Translations under genes and position numbers: made by a program
Assembly (NCBI GenBank): GCA_028534125.1
Contig: CM052816.1
Location: 60,390,001-60,454,000, forward strand
Direction of reading: 5' to 3'
Length of the DNA: 64,000 nt
Origin: Lama glama
Lineage: Eukaryota
Notes under the pieces: model-generated
Databases searched by the model: none
Seen by the model: only the letters and a program-made list of their open reading frames with translations
Told to the model about the DNA's origin: nothing
Shown: positions 52,001 to 64,000 of the stretch, piece after piece
Position numbering within the stretch: position 1 is the first letter of the stretch
How the letters are laid out: every line of letters begins with the position of its first letter

Positions 52001-54020
52001 TTTTATCTTAAATATTCATTCACAAATTTGACATTGCAACCCTAAGGTTTTGCAATTTGCAAGTATAAAATGTTCATCTACATAATAGGTAGTTATGCTG
52101 ATGTATCTTCTGTGAACCAAACAACAGATGAAAACTAGTGATTTACTTAAATAGTCTATTCGAATGAAAGCTTAGAGAATCTATCCTTCAATTTCTTACT
52201 GATACTCTCAGGTGCTTTCCAGATGAGCTCTGCTGAACTAAAACTAAGCCCAAATAGATTACCTGGGCCATTGTAACTGCCCTTTATCAAGCATGAAGTC
52301 CATCCCATGAAAAACAAACTTCTCAAAAAGCCAGATTACCTTTTGACCCACATGCATGCTAAACAAGTTGGCATATGTGCCAACCATTCCATAGTGTATC
52401 TTTTAAGAAGACCCTTTTTATCTATCTCATGTAGCTTTCATTAAATTACAAGAGAAAAAGTATTTCTTGCCATGACCAGGAATAATGCGAGATTTGTCAT
52501 CTCCTCTGTTTTCACTCTTTCTTTCTCTCCATCTACCTTTCATCAATAAACAACAGTGTTGCTTTAACTAAAAAGTGTGGAAAATTCTGATTGAATTTTC
52601 CACTTCAGAGTACACAAAATCATTCCATCTAACATGCTGTGTTAGAAAATCTATGCCCCATTCCGACCTCCTGTTGCAGCCTATTTCAAGTATCGGTGAT
52701 GCACCATTTCACGCTGCATGGCCGGTGAAGGAGAGTCAACATATTGACTGAGAAATGTTTGGAGAAAAAACCCTATTCCACATAGATCCCAGTGCCTGTC
52801 AAAAAGCACAAACATGTTTGCATTCTGTCTGCGCAAGGGCATAACAGAGCTCTCACCATAAGTGAAACCAGGTCCTTGCATTAACTCTCCACCTAAGCGG
52901 ACTCTGCAGGGCCGGGGGGTGCTGGGGGGAGGAAGAGTGGCCCAAATAATATGCTCAGAGGTGTTGGAGAGAAGACGTTATTAACTGTGCCCTTCCTTTC
53001 ACCTATTTGCAAGGTTAAAATAAAATTTAGCAGAAGAGATTACCACCGCTATGAGAAGGCACAGCTCAGCCTGCAGGCAAGGCGCACATAGAAGGAAAGG
53101 TAATATATTGATTGACCTTTCCTTCCAATTGCAGCCTGGGCAGCTAGCTGTCTTTTTTCATTTGGTGGGATATGACAGCTGACCCAGCTTATTTTTCTGG
53201 ACTAGCCAACTAGGACAGTCCTTGGACAAGTGAGGCTGTCTACGATGACAGAACCCAACAACATTAACGCTGCTGTAATTAAGAGGCCCTATGTATAATG
53301 CTATAATCTGATAGGATTTGAGCTCTTCCATCCTCCCAAAATGCAAGCTTCCTTGGCAGAAAGCAGTGGGGGAAGATGTTTCCCAGGTGTAAAGAGTGGC
53401 AGCCAATATGAATTATTCATATTCTTTGAAATAAAGAGCAACAGGGTCCATTTAACCCAACATTTCCCAAAGAACTTTGCTAGGGAGTGGTGATAAGAAA
53501 AACTTCAATGCCCTTGGCGAAAGGGTCTATATTCAAGTAAGTCTGAGAAACACCTAATTGAATATAGTTCAGAGAATTTACTTCTAGCAAGATTTTCACA
53601 ATTATTAGCATTTCATTTAACAAGCACAGAAGGCATGGTCTGCAGTGTTCCCCAAATTAATGGGACCATGGGACATGTTGGGGAAAATGCTACTCAGGCA
53701 CGTACGCAGACATGCTTTGAGAAATGTAGATTTAACTGAGTCTTTAGTACAATGATAGGATGACTGTAAGAAAAGCAGAGACCAAATTACCGCCATGTGA
53801 TACACCAGTTACTGCACTTAGTAACTTTGGATTTCACAGTCTGGTATTGCAATCTGATGAAAGAGGTAGGTGCCCTGCACCATAATTCAATCAAGTGTCT
53901 CCTAGGACACCTTGAAAGGCTGCACAACAAATCTGAGAGAAGACTGAAAACAAGAGCTTCATAAACAAATCCCTTGTGCACAACAGTGACCCAATCACTA
54001 AAGAAATAAACTCCAAGCAT

Positions 54021-54389
54021 AAAACTACATGACAAAAAAGACAAATGATCTTATTTACAAAATAGAAACAGATTCACAGACATAGAAAACAAACTTGTGG
54101 TTACCATGGGGGGAAGAGGGTGGGAAGGGATAGATTGCAAATCTCGAATTCCCAGATACTAATTATATATATATATATATAAAATAGATAAACAACAAGT
54201 TCATACTGTATAACGCAGGGAGGTATATTCAGTATCTTGTGGTAACTCATGGTGAAGGGAAATATTAAAATGAATGTATGTTTGTTCATGTATGACTGAA
54301 GCATTATGCTGTACACCACAAATTGACACAACACTGTAAACTGACTATACTTCAATAAAAATATATATATACAAAAAAAATTACATGAC
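54021..54389 (+). mobile_element. Camelid-type L1 3' end with 13-bp TSD
   Basis: aaaagacaaatgatcttatttacaaaatagaaacaga...ctgactatacttcaataaaa. TSD aaaactacatgac (54021-54033) / aaaattacatgac (54377-54389). Confidence 0.9.
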
Positions 54390-54793
54390 TACTGAAGCAC
54401 AGATATATGATTAATGTGAAAGACAAACCCAGAAAATAAGGACTGTCACCACAGCCATGTGTCTACAACAGCTACAGAAGAGCTGAACTAAGCCCTGTTT
54501 ATGAACGTTAAGGCTTCCCTTTGCTCTCTTCTCCCTACTGGCACATTCCCTCATCTCCTTGGACAAAGTTCCTATTTTTGAGACTTCCACTTCCACTCAG
54601 GAAGCAGAAAGTCACAGGAGACCATTACTCTCAATGACATGAATGAAGATGTGAAAGAAAAGCTAGAAACACAAAGTATAATATCAGTTTGGCTTGTTCC
54701 CCTCTTCCCAGCCATGGCAGGGTCCTTCTCCTCCCGCCATTCCACTAAGACTGGGAGCTAGCCATGGGCCTTTTCCTTCAAGAGTTTATCACT

Positions 54794-54922
54794 CAGGGTG
54801 GGGATAGGTATAGCTCAGTGGTAGAGTGTGTGCTTAGCATGCACAAGGTCCTGGGTTCAATCCCCAATACTTAAAAATAATAATTAAATAAATAAACTAA
54901 ATTACCACCCCAAAATTTTCAA
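54794..54922 (+). mobile_element. tRNA-Ala-derived SINE (Vic-1-like, camelid) with perfect 14-bp TSD
   Basis: ggtatagctcagtggtagagtgtgtgcttagcatgcacaaggtcctgggttcaatcccc (Pol III A and B boxes) plus an AT-rich tail. TSD aagagtttatcact at 54780-54793 and 54923-54936. Confidence 0.9.
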
Positions 54923-55299
54923 AAGAGTTTATCACTTGTGCATTCAGGCTTTTTTTAGGTTTATGTAGGCCTTTAGCTTTTAAAATTATTTTAAAGTATG
55001 ATTTTGTGGCTTACACACCTTGCTTTGATTGTGAAGGTAACAGCAATGCTCTTGTCATTGTCTACATCCTAAGTCGAAGAGGAAGCCTCAGAAACAGGAG
55101 ACACTGCTTCTTCTTGTGTTTATAATTTTAGGTGGGTGCCAAGCATTTTAACTGAAAGAACAGTAGGGATTGATGTAAATAATATTTAGCTCCAGAAAGA
55201 GATGGGTCTCTTTTATGTTGTACCAGTTGAGTCAGGGTGCTGAGTCATTCTGCTTTCTACTTGAACCAGGTATGGGTACTCTCATGACGCATGGTCAAG

Positions 55300-55975
55300 A
55301 AAAGAAACAGGCAATACAAACAGATGCAGAGATAGCCAAGATCCTGATGTTATCAAAGACACAAAAATAACTAGGCAAAAGGATACTGTGGCAAATGTGT
55401 GTGACAACATGAATGAGGACATTGGAAGTTTCACTAGAGAGACAAACTGTAATAATAAAGAACAAAAGGAAAAGTCAGACTGAAAGATACCAGAATAAAA
55501 TGAATTTACAAGCTGACTGAACAAAGTAAAAGAAAGAATAAGCAAAATTTAGGTCCAAACGATAGAAACTGGAGGGAGGGTATAGCTCAATGGTAGACAG
55601 CATGCTTAGCATGCACCAGGTCCTAGATTCAATCCCCAGTATCTTCATTTAAAAAAAAAAAAAAAGAAAGAAAGAAATTAAAAGAAATATCCAAAATGAG
55701 TCACCAAAAGAATAAAGCATAAAACAAAAACAGAACAAAAATGAAAAACAGTATCTAAGATCTTTGAGATAACATCGAACTGCCTAATATAGGCACAAAT
55801 GGAATCCTAGGAGGAGAGGAGAGAAAATAAGGTAGTAGATATTCCTGAATAGATAATAGCCAAGGGCTTTCCCAAAAAATTGATGAAGGGTATCAATCCA
55901 CATATTTAAGAGGCTAAGTGAATTCCAAGCAGAACAAAATCAAAGAAAATCATCGTTGGGAACATCATAATCTAG
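55300..55975 (+). mobile_element. Old L1 ORF1 fragment, interrupted by a SINE
   Basis: gataacatcgaactgcctaatatagg...ggaatcctaggaggagaggagag...gaattccaagcagaac resembles the L1 ORF1 region. Confidence 0.6.
55571..55680 (+). mobile_element. tRNA-Ala-derived SINE (Vic-1-like)
   Basis: ggagggtatagctcaatggtagacagcatgcttagcatgcaccaggtcctagattcaatccccagt followed by a poly(A)/GAAA tail. Confidence 0.88.
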
Positions 55976-56680
55976 TCTCTTTTTCAGGCAAGAAGCAGGT
56001 AAATGTGTGAGAGGTAATAGGAAGGGAGAATCTACCCACCCCCCCAAAAAAAATTAACTTGAAAAAATGTTAAAGCAAACAATGGTGGTTTCAAGATACT
56101 CAAGCCAGCCACAAAAAGATACTGTAGTGTCCAAGCACTGGCCAGCAAGTGTGTCTGTGGTGCTCAGGCTGCTCTTCTCAAGAACTGGCAGGGAACAAAA
56201 TCCTTCCAAAACCCGATCAGAATCTATAGAATCCCCAGGCAAGATAAGGGTTGTCTGGCTAAATGTTTCAATTACTTTTTTAGAGTTGCTGGTAATGTTT
56301 TGATTTGTTTCTTTTTGCCCTAAGGGTAGAGGGATATAAGGGAAAACAGGACACAGAAGTCCTTGAAGGCAAAGAAGAGATTTCAGTAATTCTTCATAAA
56401 TCTAGAGCTAAATTGGATAACCTGTACTTAGCCCAACTGATGATCTTTTCACCTCTAAATTAAAAAGATTTCCTACTCCCTTCCTCCAAATAAATTGTTA
56501 ATCTCATCTTGGCCAAATGCCTGTTATACAAGTCTTTGGCAAGCACAACTCTGATGACCTGAGAAAAGTCAACAAATGTAACTCACCAGTTTTTTAAAGC
56601 CCTTGGGGAAAAAATCCACCTAAGGACAAGAGAAGTTAGGCTGCAACAATTCACCTATGTCTCTGTAAACTTTGCCAGCT

Positions 56681-56817
56681 GGGAGGGAAAGGAGGAGGAG
56701 AAGGAAGGAGGGGGAGCGGAGAGGGAAAGGGGGAGAGGGAGAGAGGGAGAGAGAGACAGAAAAGAAAGGAAGGAAAACAAAGAAAGAGAAGGAGAGAAAA
56801 GAGAGAAGGAAAGAAAG
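56681..56817. repeat. GA-rich low-complexity purine tract
   Basis: About 135 nt of almost pure A/G on the plus strand. Confidence 0.9.
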
Positions 56818-57090
56818 TGGCTATTATATGATATTGAATATAGTTCCCTGTGCTATACAGTAGGTCTTTGTTGTTTACCTATTTTATATATAGTAGTTTG
56901 TATCTGTTAATACCAAACTCCTAATTTATGTCTCCCCTACTCCCCTGCTTCCCCTTTGGTAACCACAAATTTGTTTGCAAGTCTATTTCTGTCTTGAAAA
57001 TAAGTTCATTTGTATCATTTTTTAGATTCCACATATAAGTGATATCATCTGATATTTGTCTTTGTCTGACTTACTTCACATTACAATCTC
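56818..57090 (-). mobile_element. L1 3' UTR fragment
   Basis: gatattgaatatagttccctgtgctatacagtagg...tttagattccacatataagtgatatcat. Confidence 0.88.
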
Positions 57091-57611
57091 TGTAATGCTC
57101 TATTTTTTAAATCTTGGTACTGTTACCGGGTATAGTCAGTGTGTGAAAGGTCATTGATATCTGCACTTCTTGGACATGTTACTCTTACAGAAAAAAAAAT
57201 CAGTCTCCAAGATCTTTGGGATAGTATCAAACTTACAATATCTGTATATTTTTGTGTTACAAGAAGATGTTTTTTAATAAATTAGCAAGAGATTCTTCAA
57301 AAGGCAGTAGACTATAGTCACCTTCAAGCTTGTGCACTAAATCCCACTGTGTGCTAGACCACAAAACAGCCAAATCCTTCAGTACAAACTGTCGGAACTG
57401 AATTCCAAAGGCATGTTTTAGTCCCACAATTTTGAATGCTTTAATACTGTGTTTATATCATACCTTACAGAGAGCATCATGGAAAATAAGTAAGTGGAAT
57501 CCACTTTCGGTAAAATTACCTGTATGTGTCACAGATGTTAGGCTAAAAAAATTGGAGTGCCCTTTGCCCATTTTTCAACTAATTTGTTAGGTCCAAAATT
57601 CTGTTAAAAAC

Positions 57612-58659
57612 AGAGAAATAAATTTTTTTCTTCAGTATTGCTTTGGCAATTCTGGGTCTTTTGTGATTCCATATAAATTTTAGGATTATTTGTACTAGTT
57701 CTGTGAAAATGTCCTGGATAATCTGACAGGGATTGCATTAAATCTGTAGATTGCTTTGGGTAATACGGCCATTTTTAACAATATTAATTCTTCCAATCCA
57801 AGAGCATGGGATATCTTTCCATTTCTTTAAGTCATCTTTAATTTCCTTAATTGATGTTTTATAGTTCTCTGTATGTAAGTCTTTCACCTCGTTGGGCAGG
57901 TTTATTCCTATTTTATTTTTTGATATGGTTTTAAAAGCATTTTTTAAACTTTCTTTTCTGATATTTCATTGTTAGTGTAAAGAAATGCAATGGATTTCTG
58001 TATATTAATCTTGTATCCTGCTACCTTGCTGAATTCGTTTATCAGCTCTAGTAGGTTATGTGTGGAGTCTTTAGGGTTTTCTATATACAGTATCATGTCA
58101 TTCCAGCAATTTACTCCTGGGTATATATCTGGAGGGAACTCTAATTCAAAAGACACATGCACCCCAATGTTCACAGCAGCACTATTTATAAAAGCCAAGA
58201 CATGGAAACAATGTAAATGTCCATTGACAGGTGAATGGATAAAGTTGTGGTATATTTATATAATGGAATACTATTTAGCCATAAAGAAGGATAAATGCCA
58301 TTTGCAGCAGCATGGACAGACCTGGAGATTGTCTGACTAAGTGAAGAAAGCCAGAAAGAGAAATAAAAATACCACATGACATCACTCATATGTGAAAGCT
58401 AAAAGAAAGATAAATTAACTTATTTACAAAACAGAAACAGACTCACAGACATAGAAAACAAACTTATGATTACCAGGGAGATAAGGGGGTGGGAATAGAT
58501 AAATTAGGGGTTCAGGATTTGCAAATACTACTATATATAAAATAGATAAACAACAAGGTCCTACTGTATAGCACAGGGAATACTATTCAAAACTTTGTAA
58601 TGGCCTATAATGAAAAAGAATATGAAAAGGAATATATATATTAAAAAAGAGAAATAAAT
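57612..58659 (+). mobile_element. 5'-inverted L1 insertion with TSD
   Basis: Antisense ORF2 at ~57625-58100 ([36 protein letters not shown] on the minus strand) is joined to a sense ORF2 end and 3' UTR at ~58100-58645. TSD agagaaataaat at 57612-57623 and 58648-58659. Confidence 0.9.
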
Positions 58660-59205
58660 CCTTGTAAGCTGGGATAGTCACACATAGCAACAGTAAGGAG
58701 AATGAATGCTTTCCAGACAGCTTTGCAGCATCATGTATGTCCACAGTAGCATGGATTCAGGTAGCAGAAGAGTGGGATATAGGTCAAAGGAGGTCTCTGG
58801 CCCTGGAGGCAGAAAGAACATCAACTTGGGTGTAGTGGCTACCTTTTTCTGAACACTGAGAAATGCCGCTTAGTACAGGGTGCCCACTGGGAAAGGGTGG
58901 AGCCCCTCCTAGATGGTGGTGCAAAGGTCGTGGCATGACAGCTCAGTGCAGGGACTCACTGGGCTTCACCTTGTACTAGCTCTGTGGCCTCCTGCAAGTG
59001 ATGTAATTTCTCTGCACTGTCTGCCAGTGTGTTATGCACAGGTGTGCCAGGAAGACATCACGTGGTAAGTATAGCCCCAAATGCAACCTGAGGCTCTTCC
59101 TGTACATGAAGGTAATCATGCCCACTGTAGCTGGGATCAAAGATAATCTGTAGATGGCTGATGTACAAACAAGCAAAAAAAAAAAAAAAAACTATAAGCT
59201 GCCTC

Positions 59206-59370
59206 AAAAATTTTCATCATATTACTAAACGAATGTATGTGTGTATATGCATGGTTGGGACATTGTGCTGTACACCAGAAATTGATACACTGTAATAGAC
59301 TTACTTCAATAAAATTTTTTTAAAAACCATATATATATAAAATAACAGAAAAGAAAAAAAATTTCCATCA
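59206..59370 (+). mobile_element. Very short L1 3' terminus with TSD
   Basis: gtgctgtacaccagaaattgatacactgtaatagacttacttcaataaaa, flanked by aaaaattttcatca / aaaaatttccatca. Confidence 0.8.
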
Positions 59371-62300
59371 GCAATGCATCACCCCTAAAAGCCTTTGTAA
59401 AAAAGTTTACATAGTACAACATATGTGACTAAAATAGTCCCAGACTAATTACGGCAACCAATCTTCCCAGCCCCTTCCCTTCCTTTTCATATCCTTAAAC
59501 ATAGTAACAAATATTCCAGCCTCCAAAAAAGAAGAAATTATTCTTTAACACTTGAAATTCCTGGGACTAGGAAGGTGTTAATTACCATCCAGAAACTCAA
59601 TTATAAGGCTTAAAAATGTAGAAATTTTAAAGCCTATCCCCTTAGTGCTTAAAAATCAACCTATTTTCCTCTGCTATTATAGAAACACAATTCCATGATT
59701 TCCGTCACCTTTATTCTACCTCATCTTTGCAACCATGAACTCTGGTCAATGCAGCCTCCTGCCCCCTCTGAATAGTGGGTTTCTAAGGTCTCAGAGACAT
59801 TTACTCTTCAGATAGATAAAAATGAAAAAAAGATCAATCCTAAAAGGTTTATAGCAGTAAGAAAAGAAGACCATCCGCTCTGAGATAGCTCTGGGCCGAT
59901 TTTCCCAGCAGGGGAGCCCAGGTTTTATAAACCTTGTTCTCATTAGAAAAAGGTAGAGAAATCGTTGAGAATTAGTATAAAGGATTTTCCAGCCCTACAG
60001 CAGGTTGAAACCATGTATCTTAGAATTATATGTAGGGTTTTGGTAGTTGGAATGTCTGTCCATTTGGGGAGTTTGGTTTGTTTTTTCAAGAGGCTGGAAT
60101 GTTACAACACTTTCTGGTTTTGAAATTTATTAGACACTATGCCGACCGCTACTTACTCTCACAAGCTCAAAATTTCAATACCATCTTTACGAACCTATTT
60201 ATTCCGGATCAGCAAAGCTTCTGATGAAAAATGACAGCTCATCTAGAATAAATCTTCGTCATCCTTTTGTGCTGAAATGCCAGGAGATTTGAAAACGAAT
60301 CCTCTGTACACTCTCGTGTTCTTTTCTGTCCACATCCTGTCTCCCCAGGTCGTGTCCCTAATGCTCCCATATCAAACTGATTTTTATTTAACAGAGGCCT
60401 TTACCAGCTCCACCAATAACTGCTCTGTGGTTCTTGAACTACTATTCCTACTGCCCGTTTTGCCTCACTCTTTGTTCATTCACTGTGTTAAGAGCATTCA
60501 TACTGGGGGATGGACAGGTGAGCATATTCTCCAAATAAAAGACACTTTAGAAATTCCCAGCGGACAAGCTTAGCCAATCAGCGCTACATTACTTATCTCT
60601 GATTTCTCCTTAACTCTTTACCTCTTTTTCAAATAAAACAGATTTAATAGCTTGTTTTCCTATACTCAAAGCACAAAGGCATTCTAAGACTAAGAGAAAA
60701 AAATTCAGGCTAGGGGAAAAAAAAGCCAACTCCTCGGGCTGAAAATGAGCCCCGGATTTCTGCTCCATACTCTCCCCAAAGCCTTAAAGTTTTAAAAAAA
60801 TTTACATCCACTGAAAACACTGATGGAAGACTGCCCAGTGATAATGCTTTGCAAGTCCTGAGAAAGGATGCCATTTGCAGAGGGACTTTAGGATTGAGAA
60901 ATACCACTGCAAAATCTCAGACTAAGTGGTCAAGTATCTAGTTTTAAATAGCCTTGACAGAAAAGAAAAACAATTCCATAATGTGATGAAGAGAACACTT
61001 CATAAACTCCTTTCATACATGAGAAAACCTCGAGCAGTGGGGGCTGAGTGTTGAGTGGTTGCACACGGCCACAAAGCTGGCTTACGACAAAGCCCACTGT
61101 ACAACCCGGTCCAGGATTTCTTCCCACCACTCCGTACTGCAAATGGGAAACTAAGTGCCTTTACTTGATCACACTTCTCCCAAGTTGACAATGCCGACTC
61201 ACTACAAAACCAGGGTTCTCAAAAGATCTGGCAGTTGGTTTACCGTAAATTGTTACTGACCCCCAGAACATGGGCATCTTTCATTTGCCAGAGTTCTTTA
61301 CTGTAACTCAGGTTATTCAGTTGAAAATAACACAGTGTAGATTCTAAACCAAGGTACTTACCATGAAAGGTCACTGGCTACACAGATACACATTTCCATT
61401 TGCTACTTACTGTCCAAGTAACCCATCCACACAGCAAATGTGGTTTCCGCCAACAGCTCCTAATGTTAGAAAGAAATTGTAGGCCTTTCTCAAATACCTA
61501 GTACTGCAGTATTTTGGGGAGAAAAGAATTTGACCTTTAAAATCTCTTTGTTAACATTGGCTGAACCTATTCTCATACAGCACATTAAGGCACCAGACAT
61601 CTTCTTTATAGCTGTTTAATGAGTTCCTCTTAGAGCATGTCTAGAAAAAGAAGCCACGTTCCTTACTCAAAACAAAATGGAACAACAAAAAGACTCTCAC
61701 CACCAACAGAAGATATCCAGTTCATTTACAGTGTAATACATAACACTTTGCCTGGTGAGGCACAGAATTTCTGAAAATGCCACAGCAGAATGAAATGAGC
61801 ACGGGAAAAAAGAAAGATGAGGAACAAAAGCACGTGCTGAGTTGAACCAGAACACCGCCGCTGACCCAGAGGTACACCTGGGTCTAACAGTGAATGTGCT
61901 GAATCACATGCTGTTTCAGTGCCTCATTAATTAGAACTTTCAGGTGGGGTCCGAGACAGAGGGGATGTGTTCCACTTCAGCAAGATTCACCTCTTACCTG
62001 ATGAAAACACCCAGGTTATTTAGCGCCAGTTTATTTTCTCCCTCACATACTAACCCAGCTTTCATGACATCATCACAAGGATCCTAAGCCAAAGTGAGCT
62101 GTCTGGAGCTTGGAGAAGGGGACAGCCCAGGCATTTAATAAATGTAACAAAGGGATATGACGCCTGGAGTCCACTTTCAAATACTTCCACATAAGCAATG
62201 AAATCTGATGTACTGAGAATATCCAAATACAGTTAGGAGCCCTGGTCAGAATTTACTCCCCCAGCGTGGTCAACTAGCCTTACGTCAGAGGTATCCAAAT

Positions 62301-62929
62301 CTCGGTCACACTGGAGGTTTTGCTCACTGGCGTACTGAAATGGGTTTTCAATGCTGAAATCAAAATTAGTGGCCTCCCAGTCAGTATAATGGATGCTAGA
62401 AACAGGCTTTCATTGTTGACTCTAGTGGTATTTAAGCAAAGTGAATTGGTAAAAATCATTTTTGAGATATTCTCTGCCCCTGAATGAACAAGGCATAAGA
62501 ATTTATGAAGGTCTGTAAGTTAGGCCCTTAAGACTGGCACCCAAGGCGCAAACAAACATTCAGTGGCCTCATGCCCAGTGGCTGGGTCAGAGGTGCCCCC
62601 ACTACATAATGCCCACCACAAAAGTGAGAGCAGCCAGCCTCTGGAAAGTAGTCAGGTCATTAACCTTGAGTGGAACTTTCCAAAAAGATTTGGCTGGGGC
62701 ACCTACAAAGCCAAAGAGCAGGGACTTCTTTGAGTTTACAGGACAGGCTACAGTTATGCCTTGTGCCTGTTTGCCAGTAAATATCTGTTTAATGAAAGTC
62801 TGTGTGCAGCAAGACTGGCCTGCAACTTACGTTAGCTCAAAACCTCAGCCACGTTTCTCTAGACCAGAAGAGTTGCACATGACCAAGTTGGATAAAGATA
62901 ATTCTCAATAATGTATCACACATGTAACT

Positions 62930-63295
62930 CCTATACTGGAGCCCACCCACACCAGCTCAATAAGCTTTCAGGAATTTTATAATCCAGTTGTTAAATACAA
63001 CCCTTATTGCCGATTAAAAAATACCTAAACTTCCAATGAAATATACTGAAAACAAAGGTAAGAGATACTCAAAATTGATTCACTTCCTAATTATTTTGCT
63101 ATACTTTACTAGGATATTTGTCAGTTCTATCTGTACATAATAGAGCTTCACTGGGCATCTCTTCCCGGGTCTGAGGTCACTTTTGCCACACTGGTACTTG
63201 AAACTGGCAGTGGTGGGAGCACTGACACCACAGAAACCAGCAGATGCTACTGATCAGGGTTTTGCTTGTTTCCAAGTCTAGTTGTTCAACACAGG
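62930..63295. mobile_element. hAT-Tip100 DNA transposon fragment (Arthur1-like)
   Basis: ctggagccc...accagctc...caggaatttt...ccagttgttaaa...cacttcctaattattttgcta resembles the Arthur1 family. Family recalled, not verified. Confidence 0.5.
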
Positions 63296-64000
63296 AACTC
63301 CCTTGCTACAAGTGATCTTGAATTAACAGAGAAGACTTTGCCACCTCTCAGGCCTTCAAGTATACAAGCATAAGTAATCCCCCACCACCCTATTCTCCGC
63401 AGAGGGACCACACCGCCATGCACCATGCGACAGGACACACTCACTTTTGAAGCAGCTGGGTCCACTAGTCTCTGGCGATGTCGGGCTGAGTTGAAATGGC
63501 TCTTCGGAGGCTGCCCTTCCTGACAGGGGATGGAAGATGGGGATGAACGAGGTGGGAGCAGACAGAGGGGTCATGGGATGATGGGAACATGGTCAGAAAA
63601 GGGAGAGGGACAGTGTTTAACGGCACTGGACTTGTCTGTTTTAGCTAAAATCCAACAATAAAAACACGACACATTTTTTTCCCCACAAAGCACATGCCAC
63701 GTGCAAGTCATTTTGTTAAAAAGAGCCTTGTGTATATGTACATATACATACGCGCATGTGTGATAAACATCTCACGGTATCACATTCCCCTTCAAACCTG
63801 TATTTTTCTCTTACCTGATATTGTCTCTAATTATATTTCAAGGATACTAAGGAAAACTGGAGCATGATTTCCCTGAGTATGAAGTCAATCTTCCTAGAAT
63901 AACAGAAAGTATTAAGGGGCATTCTTAGACTTGCCACCTATTTGGGTATCTCCAAAAAGATATGGAAATCACAGTGTTTCTCAAAACCATGAAAATTCTC

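Noticed and set aside
54805..54870. Possible tRNA-Ala(AGC) genes here and at 55575-55645
   Set aside because: Broken acceptor stems, A-rich tails and (for the first) a TSD show these are SINEs.
57944..58389. ORFs with reverse-transcriptase-like text (also 7482-8886 and 22853-23300)
   Set aside because: They are fragments of truncated, frameshifted L1 ORF2, not functional genes.
61990..62010. Possible recursive splice site ttttcatcag|gtaaga
   Set aside because: The polypyrimidine tract is too short; expected by chance in 64 kb.
63815..63893. 79-nt segment with good-looking splice sites (tattctag|...CAG|gtaaga)
   Set aside because: It is not a multiple of 3 and has TGA at codon 3 in phase 0. 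Without transcript evidence it is treated as a pseudo-exon.

Overview
Mammalian intronic DNA, almost certainly camelid (alpaca/camel): it carries tRNA-Ala-derived Vic-1-type SINEs and artiodactyl-type L1 3' ends. The window lies inside MAST4 (microtubule-associated Ser/Thr kinase 4), transcribed on the minus strand. Two tiny coding exons are well supported, and neither is called as such by the ORF track. One is a 32-nt exon (38096-38127, KELSLPRRGS-F/L). The other is a 36-nt frame-preserving cassette exon (27789-27824, [L]IDSQKWNCLVK[R]), an antisense exonization of the ORF2 C-terminal segment of an old L1, and the most notable feature here. The rest is intron: many L1 fragments (two 5'-inverted, one apparently also with a 3' transduction), MIR/L2, MaLR LTRs, hAT DNA transposons, simple repeats and a 500-N gap. 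Several speculative microexon or pseudo-exon candidates and regulatory motifs are listed at low confidence. No listed ORF looks like an independent gene, and there is no prokaryotic-type system. Gene and repeat-family names come from recognition, not database searches, and repeat boundaries are approximate.
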